Source: Wallemia ichthyophaga EXF-994 (taxonomy: Eukaryota; Fungi; Basidiomycota). From it: a stretch of 62,000 bases of DNA. Position 1 is the first letter of the stretch, and each line of letters opens with the position of its first letter. The notes beneath the pieces were generated by a model. It was not told the DNA's origin. It saw only the letters and a program-made list of their open reading frames with translations, and ran no database searches. The translations under genes and the position numbers were made by a program. Shown piece by piece: positions 54,998 through 62,000 of the stretch. The stretch is taken from contig NW_008806282.1 in the NCBI RefSeq assembly GCF_000400465.1, positions 82,001-144,000 of the forward strand. Direction: 5' to 3'.

Positions 54998-57900
54998 ATG
55001 GGAGTACCAGGATTATGGGATGTGAGTGGCAGAATGGCGTGAATGTACCGCTCAATTGGCTCCAGCTCCTCCGCCCAGCCGCGTGCTCCCACTCGCTATC
55101 GCGGATGTCTGTCGATGCGTTTGTAGCAAACAACCGTGGACACCGGGGACTGCGCGTAGGCGTAGATGCCTCAATCTGGCTTATACACTCACAAACAGCG
55201 CCTGGCGGTCTAAATCCAGCACTCCGCACGCTTTTCTTCAAACTGAGCAAGCTGATGACGCTGCCGATACTCCCTCTATTCGTGTTCGATGGGCCAGGCA
55301 GGGTGGGTTATGAGAGTGCGCAGTAGACCGCCTTTTTAATGCACTACCCACAGCCCAAAATGAAACGCGGTAAACAGGTACGCGGGAGACAGCCCCGCGG
55401 ACTTAAAGACTTTATTAAGCTTATCGACGCTTTCGGCTTTGAGCATCACCAGGCGCCCGGTGAAGCAGAGGCTGAGCTAGCCCATCTGTCCAAGATGGCC
55501 ACCATCGACGTCATCCTCTCTGATGATGTCGATAGCCTGCTTTTCGGCGGTGTCAAGATTCTGCGCAATTGGTCCCTCACTCTGTCGGGGAACAGCAGTC
55601 GATCTCAGCTGCAACTGCAGGCAGATGGACAAACCCGCACCCATGATTCACTTGCTGCCGACGATCACCGCGTCGAGACCTACACACTTTCCGACGTGCA
55701 CAGTCATCCCTCCACCGCCGTCACGCCTGCTGGGCTTATTCTCGTTGCGCTACTTGCAGGCGGCGACTACCACCCAGTGAGCGGGAAATATTTCTCTCAT
55801 TGCACTGTCTCACTTCAATGCAGGCCGGAGTGCAGAACTGCGGGACCAAAAACGCTTTCGGCTTGGCGCGAGCAGGTTTCGGGGAGAAGCTGATGGAGGG
55901 TGTGAGCTTGACACCGCCATCTGAGCTACCTTCCTTTTTGGATGCGTGGCGGGCTGAAATGCGCGAGGAGCTCACTCACAACACCTCCGGTCACCTCAGC
56001 AGCAAACGTCCAGCAGTAGCTGCAGCGCTAACGCCATCTTTCCCCGACATGGAGGTTCTCGCACGCTACACGCACCCACTAACGACGGCGTCGACCGAGT
56101 GCGACGCTGTTTACCGCGCCTCACTCGCCGCAGTCCGTTTCGCGAAAGAGCCCGATATCGCAGCCCTAGCCCGTTTCTGTGAGGAATACTTCGAGTGGGG
56201 TGAACGCTCGCGGATCGTTGCCAAATTCCGCAGCAGCGTCTGGGACGGGGTGTATGTGCGTGCGCTGCGCGCTGCCACTTGCGCTCTGGATAGTGGGGAA
56301 TGTGGGGAATTCAACGAGGAGGCCAAATCTCATCTCGTCCGCATACACCAAACTCGCAACAAAAGCAACGCAGAAAGGTACGTCGAGTACCGCATTTCAG
56401 TCGATCCCGCACCTTACGTTCGCATCGTGGAGATGGCACTTACTGGTGACATGCGCGCTTTGAGAGAGGCTCGTAAACGCAACGACCCTGCTCTGCGCGA
56501 TCTGCGCAACGCCTTGCCAGATGAGAACGGTGGTAACAGCCTTGGCACGGATGTCTCCTCGTCTAATTTGGATCTGACAGCGGATCCTACCCCATCTCAA
56601 ACTCAAACTCAAACTCCATCGCAGTCGCTGAATACACAAAAATCTAAACCACCTACTGACCAACACGCCCCGCTGAGAATGTGGGTGCCGTCGCAGATTC
56701 TCCGCGCCGCTTTGCGCAATGAGACGGATGCTTTCGATAGCGGACGTGGTGTTCATTCCAGTGGTAGCGAAAGAGTGGCGACAGTAGCCCCGAGCCGCAT
56801 CCCACACCCTGCATCTGCTTTAGTACGCGAGAAGACCATTGTGGATGAGCAAGATAAGCAAGATGAGCAAGGAGATGGTAATGGTGGCGGTGATAATAGT
56901 GACATTACTACTCGATATAGAAGTGTCAGAGGTAGTAGAGGTGGGAGAGGTAGAGGTGGTGGTAGGCGCAGACGCGCTACTGCCAACGACTTCACCACAA
57001 ACACGCACAACACCCTCACTCGTCACGCTACCATAGAAGACCAGCCTGATTACACTCAAGCTAACAACTTTGATTTCGTCGATTTCACCGACTCGAATAA
57101 CCCCATCGTCCTGCCTTCTCCACCCAAGGTGAGTCGTAAGAGGGCGACAAAGGGCGGTGTAAATGTGGCGAGTACGGAAGGTTACGTAGGCAACCGCGCA
57201 AGCACTCAACGCACCCAGCAAACTCAACACACTCAACGCACTCCACGCAAAACCAGCGGTAGTAAGCGCCACGTCGATAGTACGTCGACTGACAATCTCG
57301 GTGAGCGTTTGAAGCGGATTGGTGCGGTGGGAGAGGGTGCACAAGACACTGCAGCGCCTGAAGATTTAAATGCCAGGGAGGAATTAAGAGATTCTGAAGA
57401 CGCAGCATACTCAGGATACTCAGGATATTCAGGTCATCCTCAACATCATCGACACTCTCCGCCCAGCTGCAGCAAAACTCCATCAAAACCCAAACAATAT
57501 AGCCTCGCCAGCCCTCTGGATGCATCGCTCAGTCCACCGTCGCCTTCGGCGTTGTTTGGTTTGGGTGGAATGGGTGGAAATGAGAAGGAGAAGGGGGAAT
57601 TTGGGGAATATGCTCTGAGGCATAGGCATAAACCTAAAAACAAAAACAAGGAACCGATACAGATTGACGATTCACCCGTAAACACAAACAACACCCAGGA
57701 CCTAGATGGAGAAAGAGCGAAAACGACCCGTACACACGCAAGCCACTCACCTATCAACATTTCGAGCGACGAAAGCTCAACGCCGCGGGGGAAGAGTACG
57801 AGCGTGGTGAAGGGGAGTAAGAGTAGGAGTAAAAAGAGAGATTCACTGTCGCCGTCGTTGCGGCGTAGGAGTGAGGGCAGCAAAAGAAAGAACAAGACAC

Positions 57901-58004
57901 TTACGGGTGTGTTCGCCGGGCGTAAGCCTGTGCATACGCCTGCATCTACGTCTGCCCACAAGCAGTTAAACAGCAAGACAAACGACGTTATAGATCTGAC
58001 GTAG
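54998..58004 (+). CDS. YEN1: XPG/Rad2-family nuclease, GEN1/Yen1 Holliday-junction resolvase-like
   Basis: MGVPGLWD, GVDASIW, LRTLFFKL, FVFDGP, APGEAEAELAHL, SDDVDSLLFGG, LVALLAGGDY and GVQNCG, with a long disordered tail. Introns near 55022-55070, 55282-55353 and 55778-55823. Confidence 0.8.
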
Positions 58005-58103
58005 AGATGATGATGTAATAATACAACACAAATGGAATTTGAGTTTAATTGAGTTAATGTACAATAGACCACTATGCAAAAAGTAATTGAAAATATAGTC
58101 CAA

Positions 58104-59846
58104 CTACCAAAAGTTTTCACTGCGTGCTTCAACACTATACTCACCTCTTTCGCATCTCTTCCTCCGCTCAAGCAACCAAGCGTCGAACCAATTTTTCATT
58201 CGCAGGCGACTCGCCGGCTTTGCATTGTTGACAGTGGCGATGATGCGCGTGTGGTCAATGGAGAGAGCGAAGCAAGTGAGTTCCGTGAAAGATGAATGTT
58301 CCGAGTAAGGTACGCCATAGCAGCTAACGTAATCGTTAGAGCCGCGTGTGCTGTGAATGTGTTTGTGCGTGTACGTGTCCCACCTGCTGAGGTCTTGTTT
58401 AAGGAGGAGGTCGATGGACGGCGACTTGCTATCACTTGCCGACCCACTCCCACTACTGCTTTCGCTCTTGCCGCCCCTTCCGCCCCCGCTGTACGTCCAG
58501 CCGGTCGGCTTAATGCCGATTACGCGCGAAAAGCGCCCGTTGAATCTGGATATGTAGTCGGGAAGCGCGGCAATAGTTACCCCACCCAGACCCTGAATGT
58601 GCACTTGAGCAGCGTAAGGGTCGGAAGTGAGGAGAGCATCGAGGTCGCTGTCGCGCTCGTTGCGCAGAAGCGCTTGTCGCCGCTTATCGGCGTATACTTT
58701 GGAATTGAGGGCATGAGCAATCGCCTTTACTATCCGCTCCTTGCCGATGGAATAGGTGCCGACCACAACGAGGACATCGTTGGGGAGAGTATGTGGGTGA
58801 ATATTTTCATTTTCACTTTTATTTTCACCACTGGATGGTTTTTCATCTGTCACGTACTCACCATGCTCATCTTGCTCAGGAGCACCACTCAGCTTCTTCC
58901 AGCCACCCTTGATCATGTCGAGCATTGAGCTGTTTGGCTGCATCAGGCTATTCACTCGCATCTCACCCCGTAAATTCGCGAGGACGAGGTCGCGGCAGGC
59001 ATCAATAACGAGTGGCTGTGGAGGGAAGGAGTAGGTGGGATTGAGGTAGGTGGTGTCTAAGTAGATAATGTCGAATTTTGACCGAGCGATGGCGGGATGG
59101 CGTATGTGTCTGGGACTGGCCCTGAAATCGCCGCAATGGAGGTATTTGAAAGAGCGGCTGCTGCCGATCCACGGGGAAGTGAAAGTGGATGGCGCAGCAT
59201 CGACTGTCTGCCTACCCTCGAAGACAATAATGCAAGAACCGGGGCAGTGGTTTGCGTCGATAAGGGTCGCGGTGACGCCATTCGTGCCTGGGATGGTGTG
59301 TGCAGTGTTGAGTGAGAGCGGGCGGAGGTACTCTCGCTTGACGCTTGTTATGTGGTGGACGAGCTCGGCCGTAATCTCGGAGCAGTATATCGGACCACCA
59401 CTCCAGTTCTTGGATAGTGACTGATAATGGTCGCTGTGGGCGTGTGTGAGGAAGTAGGCTGTGATATTGGGGATGGACGAGTACGCGAACGCGTCAACGG
59501 CGATGGGCATTCCTTGGAGTATCTTGTAGAAAGGAGGTTGGCGCGGTTGGCGTGGCTGTGATTGTGCGTCTGCCTCCGCATCTGCCTTCTCTTCGGGGTT
59601 ATTGGATGACATGAGCACGTTGAATGCAGATATCTTTTTCTTCTTCGCGGGTGGCGGGGGAGGAGTGGGCGAGGGGGATAATCGCTTGTCTTGTACTTGG
59701 TTGTTCTCTAGCTGCTTATCAGCCACAGCCACAGCATCATAGCCACCATCCAGGCATCGGTTCACGTGGTGATTTGCAGCTGGTTGATCGTGATTGGACA
59801 AATCTAGATTGCAAACCGGGCAAAATGGGCAAACCGGGAGATCCAT
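58104..59846 (-). CDS. PSO2: DNA cross-link repair nuclease Snm1/Pso2 (MBL/beta-CASP) with N-terminal UBZ-like zinc finger
   Basis: CPVC...HVNRCLD, VDAFAY, FLTHAHSDHY, DANHCPGS, LHCGDFR, YLDTTY, GTYSIGKE, KPTGW and VPYSEHSSFTEL. Confidence 0.9.
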   Translation of the reverse strand: MDLPVCPFCPVCNLDLSNHDQPAANHHVNRCLDGGYDAVAVADKQLENNQVQDKRLSPSPTPPPPPAKKKKISAFNVLMSSNNPEEKADAEADAQSQPRQPRQPPFYKILQGMPIAVDAFAYSSIPNITAYFLTHAHSDHYQSLSKNWSGGPIYCSEITAELVHHITSVKREYLRPLSLNTAHTIPGTNGVTATLIDANHCPGSCIIVFEGRQTVDAAPSTFTSPWIGSSRSFKYLHCGDFRASPRHIRHPAIARSKFDIIYLDTTYLNPTYSFPPQPLVIDACRDLVLANLRGEMRVNSLMQPNSSMLDMIKGGWKKLSGAPEQDEHGEYVTDEKPSSGENKSENENIHPHTLPNDVLVVVGTYSIGKERIVKAIAHALNSKVYADKRRQALLRNERDSDLDALLTSDPYAAQVHIQGLGGVTIAALPDYISRFNGRFSRVIGIKPTGWTYSGGGRGGKSESSSGSGSASDSKSPSIDLLLKQDLSRWDTYTHKHIHSTRGSNDYVSCYGVPYSEHSSFTELTCFALSIDHTRIIATVNNAKPASRLRMKNWFDAWLLERRKRCERGEYSVEARSENFW

Positions 59847-59876
59847 CGGGTGCAATCTTCTTACCAACCGACGGTG

Positions 59877-60887
59877 ATGACGGGATGGAATAGAGTGCTT
59901 AAATTCTGGGTAATATTCGTGATAGCGACGTTGAATATAAATTTAGTACAAATATTCAGCAGTCCATTTAAATTAATCAGTAAATCCATCTACACAAGCA
60001 TCATCGACTACTCGAAAGCGTCATTCTCCAAGTTTCTGGTTATTTTGTTAAATTTGCAAGGTAATGGAAGCGTAGTGAGAGTGTACAACCCAGTAACAGT
60101 TCAACCACAATCTGTAATCTTCTCAAACCACCAACTGTACACTGATTGGATTTACATCTGGACTCTCCTCTATAAGCTGGAATCCAACGCTGATCACCTT
60201 ATCATCATCCTCAAACACTCCCTCAAACACATCCCCATCCTTGGCTGGGGTATGCAATTTTTCAACTTTATCTTTCTTAGACGCAGTTGGGCTGTTGATA
60301 ACAAGACACTCTCTAATCAATTACATCAGATTTCTGCCAACAGCAACCCATACACCCTTCTCCTCTTCCCTGAAGGTACCACCATCTCCAACGATTCTCG
60401 CCCAAAGTCAAACAACTTTACGAAGAAAATTGGCGTTGAAGATTTTCACCATCTCCTCTACCCACGTGTTACTGGTCTCCTCCACTCCCTCAGGTCTCTC
60501 TCCCATAATCCCAACCTCCAGGTCATCGACTCTACCCTTGCATACCCAGACATCCCCCCTGGCGTCTACGGCCAGGACTGGTACACGCTTAAAAACACCT
60601 TCCTCAGGCGCATCTCGCCGGATATTATACACTTGCACATGAGCAGCTGGAAATTGTGTGACATTCCAATCCACTCGGATGATTTATTCACTAGCTGGCT
60701 TCTACAGAGGTGGCACGAGAAAGAGCAACGTTTGCGTGTTTTCCAAGAGTCACACACTCTAGATCCATCTGGCAAGTACCAAGACATCCCTCTCAATCTA
60801 ACCCATCCACTAGCACACACACTCGATGCTTTCATCTACTTTGTTCCTATCATTTTGGTGTATGTTCTATGTCGTTTGGTGATATAA
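59877..60887 (+). CDS. PlsC-type lysophospholipid acyltransferase (LCLAT1/Cst26-like)
   Basis: NHQLYTDWIYIW, ILKHSLKHIPILGWGMQFFNFIFLRRSW, LFPEGT and YPRVTGL. Confidence 0.88.
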   Translation: MTGWNRVLKFWVIFVIATLNINLVQIFSSPFKLISKSIYTSIIDYSKASFSKFLVILLNLQGNGSVVRVYNPVTVQPQSVIFSNHQLYTDWIYIWTLLYKLESNADHLIIILKHSLKHIPILGWGMQFFNFIFLRRSWAVDNKTLSNQLHQISANSNPYTLLLFPEGTTISNDSRPKSNNFTKKIGVEDFHHLLYPRVTGLLHSLRSLSHNPNLQVIDSTLAYPDIPPGVYGQDWYTLKNTFLRRISPDIIHLHMSSWKLCDIPIHSDDLFTSWLLQRWHEKEQRLRVFQESHTLDPSGKYQDIPLNLTHPLAHTLDAFIYFVPIILVYVLCRLVI

Positions 60888-60916
60888 AATTCATGTCATT
60901 TGATATCGATAATCAT

Positions 60917-61483
60917 CTAAAGGAATTTGCTAGCCAGGCTGCTCAGCCCACCCGAGTCACTTCCTCCAATTGTACCACCACTCATCTTGGACTTGATGAC
61001 GAGTTTACCGAAAGTCATTGCAGCGCTGTCAACAGCAGACTGTTTGTCGTCGCTGCTACCATGACTAAAGTGTTCATCAGCCAATTTCTTAGCCTCGGCG
61101 ATAACTTTTCCGAGGAGATCGCTATCTTTCTCGTTTGTCTGGTTTTCTCCACCAGCAAAGTGTTTCTTGAAAAGGCTCATAGCGTAAGCAGTGCCGTGCT
61201 CTTGAGGCGAGGCGCCCTTGGTATCGCCCTCTTCAAAAACCTTGTTATGTGCCTGCACGGAGCCTTCCTCATCCACATGGCCATTCATCTCGCCCTGCTT
61301 GTCGTTGAGCATGCCTACTGCCTTCTCGAGGTACGAGTGCTGTGACTCATCGCCGTGCTCTGACTTGGCCATGCCGAGGACTGACCTCAAATCGAATCCT
61401 TGCCCAGAAGAGGTGTTACCTGAGTCGCCGCTATTACCTGCGTACGCCTCATAGCCTTGTTTAGCCATATTTACAAAGTCCAT
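60917..61483 (-). CDS. Beta-flanking-gene-like protein (basidiomycete)
   Basis: AHNKVFEEG...GTAYAMSLFKKH...VIAEAKKL...KQSAVDSAAMTFGKLVIKSKMSG..GGSDSGGLSSLASKFL resembles recalled beta-fg proteins. Start is MDFVNMAK at 61483. Confidence 0.6.
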   Translation of the reverse strand: MDFVNMAKQGYEAYAGNSGDSGNTSSGQGFDLRSVLGMAKSEHGDESQHSYLEKAVGMLNDKQGEMNGHVDEEGSVQAHNKVFEEGDTKGASPQEHGTAYAMSLFKKHFAGGENQTNEKDSDLLGKVIAEAKKLADEHFSHGSSDDKQSAVDSAAMTFGKLVIKSKMSGGTIGGSDSGGLSSLASKFL

Positions 61484-61897
61484 TGTGGATGTGCTTGTGT
61501 GTTTACGGTGCTGATGGTGCTGGTGCAACGTGTATTGCTATCTGATCGGTCCGGGAGCAATTCGGGAAATTAGAGCGTAATGTGATTGCGGAGGAGAGCC
61601 CAAACTTCAAAGGTGCACTTGCCTGCATTTTAATGCGTTGTCTGCTTGCATCTCCTCATCTCCCCGTCCACCTCTTCATCTCCCGAACATCCATCATCTG
61701 GATAACAAATTCAGATAACAGATAAAAGATGGGCACACAACATGCGCGCGCGGCCCTGCATGCCGCACACAGCCTACGCGCCGTCCCGCGGTCGTGGAAG
61801 GCGCGTATTGGTCGAGTTCTACGGGAGGGGGAGGACAAGGACGCACAGGGCACACAAAGCAAACGACGTCTACTGAGTGAGTGAGTTAGTTGCGGGG

Positions 61898-62000
61898 ATG
61901 TCCACCGACGCGATCTTACAAAATATAGTCTATGGCAGCCACACCAAACAGCTCGTTGAGGCTCTCCTCCGCGATCCATTGGCTGGCGGTAAAGCTGGTG
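61898..62000 (+). CDS. Possible start of the next gene, truncated by the window edge
   Basis: The ATG at 61898 opens MSTDAILQNIVYGSHTKQLVEALLRDPLAGGKAG, with no stop before the end of the window. Confidence 0.3.
   Translation, partial: MSTDAILQNIVYGSHTKQLVEALLRDPLAGGKAG

Noticed and set aside
57446-58928. Long shadow ORFs (57446-58171 minus, 58296-58928 plus) and similar antisense ORFs elsewhere
   Set aside because: They lie antisense to well-supported genes, have no recognisable motifs, and are expected in GC-rich coding DNA.
1-62000. CRISPR arrays, tRNA/rRNA genes, transposases/LTRs, telomeric repeats
   Set aside because: None recognised by eye. All repeats are micro- or minisatellites or the local duplications listed. 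Intron-containing tRNAs or small snoRNAs could be missed without tRNAscan or Infernal.

Overview
Eukaryotic (fungal, basidiomycete-type) genomic DNA with very compact organisation: about 35 protein-coding genes, introns mostly 44-57 nt (GTRRGT donors, CTRAY-like branch points), and several divergent start codons only 28-58 bp apart. This style resembles Wallemia, but the taxon is inferred and not verified. From 0-38 kb the window is mostly housekeeping: MRD1, DOA1-like, sirtuin, NHP6, SEC21, CWC25, RRB1, SMC6, EF-3, RRG9, MRPL22, YOS1, TAH18, TFB4, LHS1, MDH, ALO1, APC11, an F-box gene and het-C. From about 38.7-50.8 kb is a looser block of hydrolases, transporters and a half 5-oxoprolinase. 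The last 11 kb holds STE12-like, EXO70, GEN1/YEN1, SNM1/PSO2, an acyltransferase and a beta-flanking-like gene. Best leads: (1) an apparently in-frame fusion of DOA1/PLAA ubiquitin-binding modules (WD40+PFU, no PUL) to an intact Hst2/SIRT2-class deacetylase; (2) two near-identical 46-nt introns flanking a 2-nt micro-exon in het-C; (3) an intron made almost entirely of GATT microsatellite with a 12-nt direct repeat at its borders; (4) a perfect 42-bp copy of the EF-3 C-terminus downstream of the gene that could act as an alternative last exon; (5) a stand-alone A-half 5-oxoprolinase sharing a GATA-rich promoter with an MFS permease. I saw no tRNA, rRNA, CRISPR array or recognisable transposase. 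Exon boundaries were read by eye and family assignments come from recalled motifs, not database searches.
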